Shown: positions 46,219 through 56,947, counted from the stretch's first letter. The stretch: DNA of 64,000 bases from an uncultured Planctomycetales bacterium (GCA_964474085.1 CAYYRJ010000001.1:91631-155630); one strand, 5' to 3'. Notes: generated by a model from the letters alone, not told the origin. A program made the numbers and translations.

Positions 46219-47994
46219 TTGATGGGGTTGATTCCACAGGAAATTATTTCTCAAATTTTGGACCGTGCGAATATCGCCGACGTGATTGGCGGATATATTC
46301 CTTTAAAACAGGCGGGTCGGAATTTTAAAGCGCCATGTCCGTTTCATCACGAAAAAACACCGTCCTTTGTTGTTAATCCTGATAAGCAGATTTTTCATTG
46401 TTTTGGTTGTGGCGTCGGTGGAAATGTCGTGACTTTTGTCATGAAGCAGGAACGGATGGAATTTCCAGAGGCTTTGAAGTTTTTGGCTGAAAAAATGGGA
46501 ATTGAAATTCCTGCAACAGACGTTAAGAATAATCAAGTCCATGAATTTCGTCAGCAGATTTTGCGTGTCAATGAGTTGGCCGCAAAATATTATCATCAGA
46601 ATCTGATCTCTGATAAAAGCGAGTTGGCAAAAACAGCCCGGGAATATTTAAAGAGCCGTGGTTTGAGTCTTGAGAGTGTTTCAAAATTCCAATTGGGACT
46701 TGCATTAGACGGATGGGATGGGTTGCTTAAGGCTTTGGTCGCACAAAATTTTAGCGCTTCTTTTTTGGAAAAAGCCGGTCTTTTGATTGCCAAAAATCAG
46801 GGCAGCGGTCATTATGATCGTTTTCGGCAGCGTGTGATATTTCCGATTTTTAATGCGCGTGGCCAGATTGTTGCCTTTGGCGCACGTTCTTTGAACAAAG
46901 ATAGTTCGGCGAAATATATCAACTCGCCGGAAACTTCGCTTTATACCAAAGGACAGTATCTTTATGGCCTAAATTGGGCGAAGGAAGCCATCAGCCGGCA
47001 AGATTCGGTTATTGTCGTCGAAGGGTATATGGATTTTATCACTCCTTTTTCCGCGGGAGTTGAAAACATTGTCGCATCCCTTGGGACCGCATTGACGGTT
47101 GAACAGATCCGGCTGATTGGGCGGTATACAAAAAATATTGTGATGCTTTTTGATGCGGATCCGGCTGGGCAAGCGGCCATGATTAGAAGTTTGGATCTTT
47201 TGGTGGAAGAAGGAATGACCGTAAAAGTCGCCGCATTATCTGACGGCGATGATCCGGATTCATTTGTTCGCAAGGCCGGCGCACAGGCTTTTGGTGAGGC
47301 TGTAAAAAATGCGCAATCGTTATTTGATTTTAAGTTGCAGTTTTTAGTTAAGCAAAATCCCGGCGCGACGGTCGAAAGCAATGCCAAGATTGCCGCTCAA
47401 ATGCTGTCGACAATCGCCAAGTTTGATAATGCGATCATCCAAACCGAATATCTTAAGCGTTTGGCGCAGGCTTTGATGATAGCGCCTGAAGCTCTTTTGC
47501 TTGAAATCAAAAAGGTTAAGCCGGACGGTAATCGCAGAGCTGCAGTGGCGTCAGAAAGAAAAATGGCTCGCGAACCGATACGACCGGTGGAACGTAATCT
47601 TTTGAGGTTGATGTTTGAAGAAAACGATTTTGTTGTTTTAAGCCGCAGGGATATTGCACTTGCGGATTTGCAAAATCGCCATGTTCGTGATATTGTTTCT
47701 AAGATTTTTGAACTATTTGACAGCGGCCGTGAAACGAATGCGCCAGCTTTAATGAATTGTTTTGGCGAACAAGATATTCTTGATACAATTTCTGGAATTA
47801 TAGCGTCGGAAGAAGCGGTCGCCGGCGATAAACAGAAAATTTATCGAGATTGTACTTTACGGCTTCGCCAGGAAAATTTGAAGCTTAGGCGGCAAGAGAT
47901 TTTGCGGCAAATGGAAATCGCCCGTAATCAAGGCGACCACAAAACGCTGGAAGACCTTTCTTATGCTTTTAACCTACTAATTAAGGGGTCATAA
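46219..47994 (+). CDS. dnaG: DNA primase
   Basis: CHC2 zinc finger CPFHHEKTPSFVVNPDKQIFHCFGCG, then the TOPRIM domain (EGYMDF, DADPAGQ). Confidence 0.9.
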   Translation: MMGLIPQEIISQILDRANIADVIGGYIPLKQAGRNFKAPCPFHHEKTPSFVVNPDKQIFHCFGCGVGGNVVTFVMKQERMEFPEALKFLAEKMGIEIPATDVKNNQVHEFRQQILRVNELAAKYYHQNLISDKSELAKTAREYLKSRGLSLESVSKFQLGLALDGWDGLLKALVAQNFSASFLEKAGLLIAKNQGSGHYDRFRQRVIFPIFNARGQIVAFGARSLNKDSSAKYINSPETSLYTKGQYLYGLNWAKEAISRQDSVIVVEGYMDFITPFSAGVENIVASLGTALTVEQIRLIGRYTKNIVMLFDADPAGQAAMIRSLDLLVEEGMTVKVAALSDGDDPDSFVRKAGAQAFGEAVKNAQSLFDFKLQFLVKQNPGATVESNAKIAAQMLSTIAKFDNAIIQTEYLKRLAQALMIAPEALLLEIKKVKPDGNRRAAVASERKMAREPIRPVERNLLRLMFEENDFVVLSRRDIALADLQNRHVRDIVSKIFELFDSGRETNAPALMNCFGEQDILDTISGIIASEEAVAGDKQKIYRDCTLRLRQENLKLRRQEILRQMEIARNQGDHKTLEDLSYAFNLLIKGS

Positions 47995-49590
47995 ATGCAG
48001 ACCAAAGAATTGAAAGCAGACATTGATAAGCTCATCGCTTTAGGTAAGAAAAAAGGTTTCTTGACCTATGATGAAGTTAATGAAACGCTTTCTGAAAAAA
48101 TTGAATCTTCCGAGGAAATCGACAAGGTTTTTGAAATTCTTGATGCCAAAAATATCAAGGTTCTTGAATCTGATGATGATTTTGAAGAGGGCACTCCTGC
48201 GGCTTCCGATGAAGAAAGTGAATCAGATGATCAATCCACCGTCCGTGCCGTTGAGGAACCTGTGCGCGAAGAAGTCGATTATGCTGATAAATTTATTCCG
48301 CTCGACGATCCGGTAAAAATGTATTTAAAACAAATGGGTTCGATTCCGCTTTTAACGCGCGATGAAGAAATTACTTTGGCCAAACGGATTGAAGAGGCGG
48401 AACAAAAATTGGCGGAAGCACTGTTTATGACCGCCTATGCCCGCAAAGCGGCGCTGGAGATGATCAATAAAGTTTTAAACGGGGAAGTCAATGTCGAAGA
48501 TGTTGTCAAGGATGAGTTGGAACGTCGTCCTAAACTTATCCGTGATTTAAACCGGATCATTAAAAAAGTGCGGACCAGCCGTGTCGGAACGGTTCAGTCG
48601 GCGATGACGTTAGCTGAATTTAAATTGACCGCCGCGTTTAACGAAGATGTTATTGTTAAGATCGCCGATTGGGTTGAACGAGTTGAAAAAATCGACCATG
48701 CACTCAAAGGCCGTCGCGGCGTTGTGGATGTCGACGAGCTTCGCAAGGAAAAAAAGCAAATTCTAAAAGACCTTGCTGATCCACTGGCTAAGATTAAAGA
48801 ACAGCTGCGTGTTATTAAAATCCGTCAGGCGAAGTTTAATAAAGCCAAAAAACTTCTTGTTGAAGCAAACCTTCGTTTGGTCGTCAGTATCGCCAAAAAA
48901 TATATTAATCGAGGCCTTTCTTTTCTGGACCTTATTCAGGAAGGGAATATGGGGCTTATTCGCGCGGTTGAAAAATTTGAATATAAGCGCGGGTATAAAT
49001 TTTCTACGTATGCAACCTGGTGGATTCGCCAGGCGATTACCCGTTCGATAGCAGATCAGGCGCGGACTATTCGTATTCCTGTGCATATGACCGAAACGAT
49101 TAATAAAATTATTCGTGTCTCCCGTCAGTTTGTTCAGGAAAGCGGCCGTGAGCCTTCCGCCCAGGAAATTGCCAAGCAAATGCGTATTCCTGTCGGAAAA
49201 GTTAAGGAGATCTTAAAAATTTCGCAGGTCCCGATTTCTTTGCAGACGCCGATTGGCGATGAAGGGGACACGAACTTTGGCGATTTTATTGAGGACAAAA
49301 AAGCTGTTTCGCCGGCGAATGCAACGCTTCACTCGATGCTCAAAGAAGAGATCGGTGCTGTTTTGCAGACGCTTGATGAACGCGAACGCAAAATTCTGGA
49401 ATTGCGTTTTGGAATTTACGACGGAACCAGCCGCACTCTTGAAGAGGTCGGCAGTGAATTTAATGTTACCCGTGAACGTGTTCGCCAGATTGAATCCAAG
49501 GCTTTGCGCAAGTTGCGTCATCCCAGCCGCTCACGTCGTATCAAGTCGTTTATTGATATGTCTTTAAGGGAAGCGGAGAGTACCGCGTAA
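47995..49590 (+). CDS. rpoD: RNA polymerase sigma-70 factor RpoD
   Basis: Regions 1.2 through 4 are present ([78 protein letters not shown]). Confidence 0.9.
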   Translation: MQTKELKADIDKLIALGKKKGFLTYDEVNETLSEKIESSEEIDKVFEILDAKNIKVLESDDDFEEGTPAASDEESESDDQSTVRAVEEPVREEVDYADKFIPLDDPVKMYLKQMGSIPLLTRDEEITLAKRIEEAEQKLAEALFMTAYARKAALEMINKVLNGEVNVEDVVKDELERRPKLIRDLNRIIKKVRTSRVGTVQSAMTLAEFKLTAAFNEDVIVKIADWVERVEKIDHALKGRRGVVDVDELRKEKKQILKDLADPLAKIKEQLRVIKIRQAKFNKAKKLLVEANLRLVVSIAKKYINRGLSFLDLIQEGNMGLIRAVEKFEYKRGYKFSTYATWWIRQAITRSIADQARTIRIPVHMTETINKIIRVSRQFVQESGREPSAQEIAKQMRIPVGKVKEILKISQVPISLQTPIGDEGDTNFGDFIEDKKAVSPANATLHSMLKEEIGAVLQTLDERERKILELRFGIYDGTSRTLEEVGSEFNVTRERVRQIESKALRKLRHPSRSRRIKSFIDMSLREAESTA

Positions 49591-49622
49591 TTAAAATTCT
49601 CTTGCGCTGTTAAAATTTTCAA

Positions 49623-49658
49623 AGCCCTGCATCCGTTTTGGTGCAGGGCTTTGATTTT
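49623..49658 (+). terminator. Intrinsic terminator after rpoD
   Basis: agccctgca-(tccgttttgg)-tgcagggct is a perfect 9-bp stem followed by ttgatttt. Confidence 0.7.
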
Positions 49659-49735
49659 ATAAGGGGTAAGTAGAAAATGTTTACTGTTATGTTATATTAG
49701 TACTACTAATTTTAACCCGGATTTTTAGCCAAACT

Positions 49736-50737
49736 ATGCGTAATATTATCATTCTAATTTTTTTACTTATCTGCAGTATAACTTGTGGTCAGAAAGTTTA
49801 TGCGCAAGAGCCGCCTCCAGAAGATGAGGACGTGAAAGATATTTTTGCCGTTAAAGAGGATGCGGTCACCAAAATTAACAGTATTGTCCAAAGAATTTAT
49901 GATCAGGCGCTTGCTGCGAAAGAAAAATCCAAGGAATTGGCTGATTTTGACCAGAAGTGTTTGGGTAAAAATGATAACGGCTTTTTGACGATTACCTACG
50001 AGACACAAGTTGCCTCTGCGGGCGGCAAAACAACTTTATATGCTTTTAAGCTTGATGTTGAGCCGCTTGAAAATAAGACGTATAAGTCGCACGATGGGTA
50101 TTTTAGGTATCCGATGCCCGCATTGGATTTGCAATTTTCGGGCTATGTCATCAAGCATCCTCTGCGACGGCAATTTGATTTAGAAATCGTTCTGGATAAA
50201 TATACAAATGAATTAGCAGATTACCAGCAGCAATTTTTGCCTTTGCGTTTTGTGATTGTGCCGCAGCAAAATGTTTATCGTGTTCACGAGCCGATTCGTT
50301 TTCAGGCAGTTTTAGCAAATGTTTCTCAGGCGAATATGTTAGTTAAGGGGCTATCGGAAGAGACGCTTTTTTTTACGCTCAATAATGCGTTTTGGGGAAC
50401 TTCGCCCGATGGGGTGGAAGAAACGCTTTCTCCTAAACAGCTTCGGCAACGCCAGCGTGAAGAAGCTCGTCAGGCCCGAGCAGAGGCCCGTGCGGCTCAA
50501 AAAAATGCTCGTGAAATTGAGAGACGCTTAAAAAAAGGTCTTGGTTTGCCAACGGAAATTGGCAAGAAAACTCACGTTAAAGACAAAATTATATTGCGAG
50601 CCCAGGAAGCCTTGACGATTGATTTTATTGGTGAAGGTTACAAAAGAGCCCAAGATGTTGAAATTCGTGGGATTTATCTTGAGAGTATAAAAGGACTTAA
50701 GCCTACCGGAAAATTCACCTTAAAAATTGTCGAATGA
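49736..50737 (+). CDS. Hypothetical secreted protein
   Basis: Signal peptide MRNIIILIFLLICSITCGQKVYA and an Arg/Glu/Gln-rich low-complexity stretch. No recognisable domain. Confidence 0.45.
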   Translation: MRNIIILIFLLICSITCGQKVYAQEPPPEDEDVKDIFAVKEDAVTKINSIVQRIYDQALAAKEKSKELADFDQKCLGKNDNGFLTITYETQVASAGGKTTLYAFKLDVEPLENKTYKSHDGYFRYPMPALDLQFSGYVIKHPLRRQFDLEIVLDKYTNELADYQQQFLPLRFVIVPQQNVYRVHEPIRFQAVLANVSQANMLVKGLSEETLFFTLNNAFWGTSPDGVEETLSPKQLRQRQREEARQARAEARAAQKNAREIERRLKKGLGLPTEIGKKTHVKDKIILRAQEALTIDFIGEGYKRAQDVEIRGIYLESIKGLKPTGKFTLKIVE

Positions 50738-50890
50738 TTTGCAATTGAAAGTTAAGAGCGCTTGTGATATTGTAAACATTCGTCTTTAGGCATCTTTTTG
50801 TGATTTTATACCTGTGGGGCCTTCGTTTCGGGCCTATAGCTCAGTCTCCGCCGGAGGCGGATCCGCCTTTGGCGGAGGTTAGAATGTTTC

Positions 50891-50964
<74 letters not shown>

Positions 50965-51058
50965 GTAAAAAAATAGCTTTAAGTTTTAAGGACTCATAGC
51001 TTGAGTACCATAAATCTTTTATGGCACTTCGCTATGAGTAAGGAATTTCTAGATTTAA

Positions 51059-51132
51059 GGACTCATAGCTCAGCTGGTTAGAGCGCTGCCCTCACATGGC
51101 AGAGGTCGGAGGTTCGAGCCCCCCTGAGTCCA
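51059..51132 (+). tRNA. tRNA-Val (CAC)
   Basis: ggactcatagctcagctggttagagcgctgccctCACatggcagaggtcggaggttcgagcccccctgagtcca. The cloverleaf folds, with one A:C mismatch in the T stem. Confidence 0.7.
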
Positions 51133-51139
51133 TATTTAT

Positions 51140-51424
51140 ATGCGAGAAGACATTTCGTATGTTTATGTTTTGCGAAGTTTAAAGAATAAGAAAAGATATA
51201 TCGGAAGTACTCGATCAACGCCAGAAGAGAGATTGAAACAACATCAATATGGATCTAATAAATGGACGAGTCAAAATGGTCCGTTTGTGTTAGTTTATTC
51301 TGAAGAATTTTCAACATTTTCTGAGGCAAGGAAACGAGAGAATTTTTTAAAAAGTGGGGTAGGGCGAAAGTTTTTAGACGAAATTTTAAAAAATATAAAT
51401 AACTCAGCTTCAGCCATAGGCTGA
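51140..51424 (+). CDS. GIY-YIG nuclease family protein (small)
   Basis: YVYVLRSLKNKKRYIGSTRSTPEERLKQH...REN. Starts 8 nt after tRNA-Val and is followed by a duplicated tRNA-Val 3' half. Confidence 0.7.
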   Translation: MREDISYVYVLRSLKNKKRYIGSTRSTPEERLKQHQYGSNKWTSQNGPFVLVYSEEFSTFSEARKRENFLKSGVGRKFLDEILKNINNSASAIG

Positions 51425-51445
51425 TCCGCCTAAGGCGGAGGTTAT

Positions 51446-51532
51446 AGCGCTGCCCTCACATGGCAGAGGTCGGAGGTTTCAGCCTGAGGCTGATCAGCCT
51501 TTGGCTGACGATAGCCCCCCTGAGTCCATATT
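51446..51532 (+). pseudogene. Partial duplicate of the tRNA-Val 3' half, interrupted by a 34-nt hairpin insert (attachment-site-like remnant)
   Basis: agcgctgccctcacatggcagaggtcggaggtt-[tcagcctgaggctgatcagcctttggctgacgat]-agcccccctgagtccatattt repeats 51082-51138, including the post-tRNA tattt. Confidence 0.55.
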
Positions 51533-51572
51533 TGAAATACCATTTCATACTTAAAAGAAGGGTAAAGCCAAA

Positions 51573-52301
51573 GTGAGCGAAACGCTTTCCATCAAAGATC
51601 AGATTAAGAAATTAATTGAACTCCAAAATCTCGACGCTGATATTTATGCCTTAAAGCGCGATTTGCGGCAAAAGCCGGAATATTTGGCTAAACTTAAATC
51701 GGATTTTGAAAATAAAAAAGCGACCCTTAAAGCGCACGAAGAACAATACAAAAATCAGCAAGCGATCCATAAGGCTTTGGAAGGTGATTTAAAAAGTCAG
51801 GATGATGCGATCGCAAAAGCGAATGCGCAATTGTCGGTTTTAAAAACCAATAAAGAATACACCGCAAAACTGACTGAAATCGAGCATGTTAAGGCGGATA
51901 AGTCGCAAGTTGAAGAAAAGTTGATCAATTCCTATGACGCTCTGGATGCGGCCAAGAGCAATGTGGACAAAGAAAAGATTGTTGTTGCCGACGAAGAAAA
52001 AAAGTATTTAGCTGAAAAAAAGACGGTTGAAGATTCTATCGCGGTTTTAGAGGACCGGATCAAAGTATTGACCAGCCAGAGAGCGATGATTTTGCCGTCG
52101 GTTCCTAAGTCCAGTTTGGGCAGATATGAACGGGTTTTGGAACATACCGATGGGCTGGCGATTGTCCCTGTGAAAGACGGCGTTTGTGGCGGATGTTACA
52201 TGAATGTTCCAGCGCAAGTGGCCAACCAGATTAAGATGAATAAAGAGTTGGTTTTTTGTGAGACGTGCGCGCGTATTATTTATTTGGCTGAAGATTTGTA
52301 A
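51573..52301 (+). CDS. Coiled-coil protein with C-terminal C4 zinc ribbon (COG1579/DUF164-like)
   Basis: GTG start, a long coiled coil, then CGGCYMNVPAQV...CETCARIIY. Confidence 0.6.
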   Translation: MSETLSIKDQIKKLIELQNLDADIYALKRDLRQKPEYLAKLKSDFENKKATLKAHEEQYKNQQAIHKALEGDLKSQDDAIAKANAQLSVLKTNKEYTAKLTEIEHVKADKSQVEEKLINSYDALDAAKSNVDKEKIVVADEEKKYLAEKKTVEDSIAVLEDRIKVLTSQRAMILPSVPKSSLGRYERVLEHTDGLAIVPVKDGVCGGCYMNVPAQVANQIKMNKELVFCETCARIIYLAEDL

Positions 52302-52780
52302 TGGCAATGACTGAAAAAAGTTTTGAGATTTTTACCGATGGTGGGGCAAGCGGAAATCCGGGGCCAGCCGGCATCGGGGTTGTTATTAAAGAGGACGGAC
52401 AGACGATTTTTGAAATTTCCAAAAGCATTGGAGAGGCGACAAATAATGTGGCTGAATACAGGGCCGTCATCGCCGCACTAGAAGAAGCAATTGCCCGCAG
52501 TGCTCAAAAAGTTTTTTTAAATACGGACAGCGAACTGGTCTATTTTCAACTGATAGGCAGTTACAAAGTCAAAAATGAAAATTTGCTTTTGCTCGTCGAA
52601 AAGGTGAGAGAATTGTCACGCAAGATCAAGTCTGTCGAAATCAAGGCGATTCCCCGAGAACAGAATGTGGACGCTGACCGTTTAGCAAAACAAGCGATAT
52701 TAAAAAATAGATTTCATCAGGCCAAGGTGGTTGCCTCGAAGTCCATCTTCGGGGAGGAAAGTCCGAGCTCCAAAGGGTAA
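52301..52780 (+). CDS. rnhA: Ribonuclease HI
   Basis: FTDGGASGNPGPAGIGVV...EATNNVAEYRAVIAALE...TDSELV...REQNVDADRLA is the RNase H catalytic DEDD core. The last 65 or so nt overlap the start of rnpB. Confidence 0.8.
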   Translation: MAMTEKSFEIFTDGGASGNPGPAGIGVVIKEDGQTIFEISKSIGEATNNVAEYRAVIAALEEAIARSAQKVFLNTDSELVYFQLIGSYKVKNENLLLLVEKVRELSRKIKSVEIKAIPREQNVDADRLAKQAILKNRFHQAKVVASKSIFGEESPSSKG

Positions 52781-53089
52781 TGCATTCAGGTAACGCTGAA
52801 CCCTCGTTAAGGAAACTGACGTGAGGAGGATTAGAGCTACAGAGACGAGCGTACTGCTTATGGCGAGTGTCATCATCGTCAGGCGATACGAGTGAAACGA
52901 GCAATCTCTGCAGGGAGAAAGGCCAAATAGGAAGCGACTGTCCGTCAAGGACGACGAAGTGACCCGCTTTGTTAAAAGCTTCGGGTAGGCTGCAAGAGTT
53001 AGAGGGGCGACCTTCTAAGTCAGTTGAATAACCATCATTCCCGCCCTTAATATTATCGGGAAAACATAACTCGGCTTACTGGCCTGATG
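52715..53089 (+). ncRNA. rnpB: RNase P RNA (bacterial type A-like)
   Basis: P1 pairing catcaggcca/tggcctgatg joins the two ends. The universally conserved ggaggaaagtccgagctcc (P4 5' strand) and a 3' acataactcggcttac (P4 3' strand) are present. About 375 nt. Confidence 0.75.
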
Positions 53090-53154
53090 AATTTTTTGGG
53101 AGTATTTCTAAAGCAGAACTCATAAACTAATGTAACAGCACTTAGGAGGTTTCA

Positions 53155-53910
53155 ATGTCAGGTCATTCAAAGTGGGCGAGTATTAAACATAAAAAAGCTG
53201 CTACCGACGCAAAGCGCGGAGCGGCGTTTACAAAAGTCACCCGAGAAATTACGGCAGCAGCCCGTGCTAGCGGCGGAGACATGAACACCAATCCGCGTCT
53301 TCGCACCGCAGTTGCACGTGCGCGGTTTTTAAATATGCCCAACATTAACGTTGAGAACGCAATCAAAAAAGGGACCGGCGAGCTTCCGGGTGTTGTTTAT
53401 GAAGATGTCGTTTTTGACGCCTATGGCCCCGGTGGGGTAGCGATGCTTATTCAAGGCTTGACCGACAACAAAAATCGTACGACGGCGGAAGTCCGTAATA
53501 TTTTGGCCAAAAAAAACGGCAGCCTTGCTGGTGCCGGCAGCACGTCGTGGATGTTTACTTCCAAAGGTTTTATTTCGGTTGAAAAAAATAAGGTCAGCGA
53601 AGATCAACTCATGGAAATTGCTCTGGAAGCAGGTGCTGATGATATCAAGACCGAGGGCAGTTATTATGAGATCACCTCTGACCCGGCGAGTCTCGAAACG
53701 ATTAAAACCGCTTTAAGTGCAAAAAATATTTCGATTGAAACCGCTGAATTGACCAAGGTTCCCAACGCCTATGTTAAGGCGACCGGTGCGGAAGCCAAGC
53801 AACTTTTAGGCCTGATGGAAGCTTTAGAAGAGCATGAAGATATTCAGGAAGTGCACGCAAATTTTGACATCCCCGAAGAGGAAATGGAAAAATTGTCCCA
53901 ATCGGAATAA
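53155..53910 (+). CDS. yebC: YebC/PmpR family DNA-binding transcriptional regulator
   Basis: MSGHSKWASIKHKKAATDAKRGAAFTKVTREI is the family N-terminus. Confidence 0.85.
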   Translation: MSGHSKWASIKHKKAATDAKRGAAFTKVTREITAAARASGGDMNTNPRLRTAVARARFLNMPNINVENAIKKGTGELPGVVYEDVVFDAYGPGGVAMLIQGLTDNKNRTTAEVRNILAKKNGSLAGAGSTSWMFTSKGFISVEKNKVSEDQLMEIALEAGADDIKTEGSYYEITSDPASLETIKTALSAKNISIETAELTKVPNAYVKATGAEAKQLLGLMEALEEHEDIQEVHANFDIPEEEMEKLSQSE

Positions 53911-53911
53911 G

Positions 53912-54397
53912 ATGAGAATTCTTGGTATTGACCCAGGGTTAAAGGCGACAGGGTACGGAGTTATTGAAATCGGGCAATCGCCCAACCGGGCTGTCAGGCT
54001 ATTGGAAACAGGGACCATTGAACCGGACGAACGCTGTACTCTTCCCGAAAAGGTCAGTAAGATTTATAAAAATCTTGATGCTATCATTCTCGAGCATACT
54101 CCACAGGTCATGATTTTAGAAAAACTTTACGCTCATTATAAACATCCGACGACAGCTTGTATTTTGGGTCATGCGCGTGGAGTCATTTGTTTGGTCTGCG
54201 CCCAGCGGGGGATTGTGCTTGTTGAACAAAGTGTCAAAAGAATCCGCAAGGCTTTGGTCGGCAACGGCAGTGCTTCGAAGGAACAAACGCGCGGCGTTGT
54301 GGCGCATATTTTGAAATTTAATCCGGAAAAAATTACGCTCGATGCCAGTGACGCTTTGGCTTTGGCGTTGGGCTATGCGCATTTGGAGCGGTATTAA
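53912..54397 (+). CDS. ruvC: Holliday junction resolvase RuvC
   Basis: MRILGIDPGLKATGYGVIE. The track ORF begins 78 nt earlier and overlaps yebC. Confidence 0.85.
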   Translation: MRILGIDPGLKATGYGVIEIGQSPNRAVRLLETGTIEPDERCTLPEKVSKIYKNLDAIILEHTPQVMILEKLYAHYKHPTTACILGHARGVICLVCAQRGIVLVEQSVKRIRKALVGNGSASKEQTRGVVAHILKFNPEKITLDASDALALALGYAHLERY

Positions 54398-54449
54398 TTT
54401 GGACGAAATAAATTTAGCTTAAGGGTAAGTGTTCAACTAAAATGCTACG

Positions 54450-55079
54450 ATGATATCCAGGATTACAGGCGAGATTACTCAAATCAATGATTTTGCGGCA
54501 CTTGTCAATGTTGGCGGGATTACATATGAAGTTCTTGTCCCGTCACCTATTTTGCAGCGTTTAAATGAGCATAAGGACCCTAAGGGGCAGGTGACTTTTA
54601 CGACCTATCATTATTTTCAAATGAGCCAGTCGAGCGGTACGCCGGTTTTAGTGGGATTTTTAAACGAGATCGAAAAAGATTTTTTCTTGCAAATTATTAC
54701 TGTTTCGGGCATCGGCCCGCGCGCGGCGGTCAAGGCGCTCAACAAACCGTTTTCGGAAATTTCACGGGCTATTAGCGAGGCAGACATCAGTTATTTAAAG
54801 ACGTTGCCCGGGATTGGCCCTCAAAAAGCCAAAGAGATCGTTGCCAAACTTCAGGGCAAGGTTGGGAAGTTTGGACTTATTCGCGATCAGGAAATTTCTT
54901 CTAATCTGCAAGTCGCAGCGCCGGATTGGGCAGAAGAAGCGCTATCTGTACTTTTGCAATTGCAATATAAGCGTAGTGAAGCTCAGGAAATGATTGAAAA
55001 AGCTTTGAAGCGTACTACAGGGATTGCGTCGGTCGAAGAGCTATTAAATGAAATTTACAAACAAAGGATAAACGGGTAA
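54450..55079 (+). CDS. ruvA: Holliday junction branch-migration protein RuvA
   Basis: MISRITGEITQINDFAALVNVGGITYEVLVP. HhH motifs (LQIITVSGIGPRAAVKAL, LPGIGPQKAKEIV) and a C-terminal domain III. Confidence 0.85.
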   Translation: MISRITGEITQINDFAALVNVGGITYEVLVPSPILQRLNEHKDPKGQVTFTTYHYFQMSQSSGTPVLVGFLNEIEKDFFLQIITVSGIGPRAAVKALNKPFSEISRAISEADISYLKTLPGIGPQKAKEIVAKLQGKVGKFGLIRDQEISSNLQVAAPDWAEEALSVLLQLQYKRSEAQEMIEKALKRTTGIASVEELLNEIYKQRING

Positions 55080-55885
55080 TGGACACTTCAGCCAATGAAT
55101 ACCTAAAAGGTGCTATTGAAGCGTTGCTTTTTATCAGTGAAAAACCGGTTTCCCTAGAGCAGTTAACGCAAGTGATGCAAGAGAGCGTCGGTAGTGTGGA
55201 TGTGCGAAAGCTCATCGAGGAATTGCGCGACGAATACGAAACCAAGCAGCGAGGGATGGTGATTGTCGAAATTGCCGGCGGGTATCAGATGCTATCAAGC
55301 TCCCATTACGTTTCGTTTGTCCGCAGTTTTTTAAAGACAAAGGTGCGAGAAAAGTTGTCCCGTCCGGCTTTGGAAGCCTTGGCGATTGTCGCCTACAAGC
55401 AGCCGGTCTCACGCGGGGACATTGAAGTCGTTCGCGGGGTTAATTCCGACGGAGTTGTTTTGCATCTTTTAGACAAGGGCCTGATTAAAATTGTCGGCAA
55501 AAAAGATGTTCCGGGCCGACCTTTTCTTTATGGAACTTCAAAATTATTTTTGGAATACTTTGGCTTAAAATCTTTGCGCGATTTACCAAAGCTTGAAGAT
55601 GTTTCTCTTCTTTTAGCCAACGCAGAACAAAGTGCGGTGATTCCTCTAGAAGAAGGTTTGCCGCAAGCGCCTTCTGAAGAATCAACTTTGGATGCCACCC
55701 GCGCGCTTGATCAAGCGGAAGCTTTAGCGACCCAAGAAACACAACAGCCGCAGACTCTAAAAGAGGCAATGGACGATATTTCCCGAGGAGATATTGCCGT
55801 CGAAGAAAATTCTCCTGCTCTTGATACGATTGTTGCAGAAGAACATGAATCAGCTTTAGATGATTCTACGAAGGGGACGCTATGA
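55079..55885 (+). CDS. scpB: Segregation and condensation protein B
   Basis: Winged-helix repeats LKGAIEALLFISEKPVSLEQL and VSRGDIEVVRGVNSDGVVLHLLDKGLI, with an acidic C-terminal tail. ruvB is not present between ruvA and scpB. Confidence 0.8.
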   Translation: MDTSANEYLKGAIEALLFISEKPVSLEQLTQVMQESVGSVDVRKLIEELRDEYETKQRGMVIVEIAGGYQMLSSSHYVSFVRSFLKTKVREKLSRPALEALAIVAYKQPVSRGDIEVVRGVNSDGVVLHLLDKGLIKIVGKKDVPGRPFLYGTSKLFLEYFGLKSLRDLPKLEDVSLLLANAEQSAVIPLEEGLPQAPSEESTLDATRALDQAEALATQETQQPQTLKEAMDDISRGDIAVEENSPALDTIVAEEHESALDDSTKGTL

Positions 55886-56943
55886 GTTTGAAAGATTGCC
55901 GCAAAAAGATTGATGGGTTAGACGAAAAAATAGTCGCTCTTTTAAATGAGCGCGCCAATGTCAGTCTTGCGATCGGAAAAGAAAAAGCAAAAGAGCGCAA
56001 AGAAATTTATTCTCCCGCCCGTGAAAAACAGGTCTTAGACCGCGTCAAAGCGCTAAGCAAAGGCAGCTTGCCCTCGGAAGCGATTGCCGCGATATATCGC
56101 GAGATTATGTCGGCATCGTTATCATTGGAAAAGCCGCTGACGATTGCCGCATTGGGCAAAAGTGGCGCTTACACTTTTGAAGCGGCGCAAAAGATTTTTG
56201 GCCAACAGGTTGCTTATGAATCCTGCAAAGCGATTGGAGAAGTTTTTCAAAGTGTCGAAAGCGGACAGGCCAATTACGGGGTTGTCCCTGTCGAAAATTC
56301 GACGGAAGGCGCAGTGACGTGGACGTTTGACCTTTTGGTTGAGTCAGACCTTAAGATTTGCCGCCAAGAGCTGATGGAAATTAACCACAATTTGTTGTCA
56401 AAAGTTTCTAAAGAAAAAATTACCAAAGTCTATTCGAACTGGCAGGTTTTTGAACAATGCCGCAATTGGCTTGCGCGGAACTTGCCGTATGCCCAACAGA
56501 TTACCGTTGCTTCAACAACACAGGCGGCTGAAATCGCGGCTAAAGAAAAAAATGCCGCGGCGATCGCTTCGATTAAAGCCGGCGAAAACAATCAGTTAAA
56601 TTGCCTGGCTTCTGACATCCATGATCTGGCGCATAACACGACGCGTTTTTTAGTGATTGGGCCAGAAGATGCGGAACCAACGGGAAAAGATCGTACGTCG
56701 ATTGTTTTTTCGATTAAAGACAAGGTTGGCGCACTGTATAAAATGCTCGAGCCTTTTTATAAAGAGCGGATCAATTTGACCAAGATCGAGTCACGGCCGT
56801 CGAAGAAAAAAGCATGGGATTATTATTTCTTTGTGGATTTTGAAGGCCACGAAGAAGACCTGCGTGTTAAACGTGCTTTAAGCGAATTGGAAGATATGTG
56901 CAAGTATTTAAAGATTTTGGGTTCTTACCCGATTATGGAATAG
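55882..56943 (+). CDS. pheA: Bifunctional chorismate mutase / prephenate dehydratase
   Basis: N-terminal CM domain (LKDCRKKIDGLDEKIVALLNERA), a PDT domain and a C-terminal ACT domain (TSIVFSIKDKVGALYKMLEPF). Confidence 0.85.
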   Translation: MSLKDCRKKIDGLDEKIVALLNERANVSLAIGKEKAKERKEIYSPAREKQVLDRVKALSKGSLPSEAIAAIYREIMSASLSLEKPLTIAALGKSGAYTFEAAQKIFGQQVAYESCKAIGEVFQSVESGQANYGVVPVENSTEGAVTWTFDLLVESDLKICRQELMEINHNLLSKVSKEKITKVYSNWQVFEQCRNWLARNLPYAQQITVASTTQAAEIAAKEKNAAAIASIKAGENNQLNCLASDIHDLAHNTTRFLVIGPEDAEPTGKDRTSIVFSIKDKVGALYKMLEPFYKERINLTKIESRPSKKKAWDYYFFVDFEGHEEDLRVKRALSELEDMCKYLKILGSYPIME

Positions 56944-56947
56944 ACAT

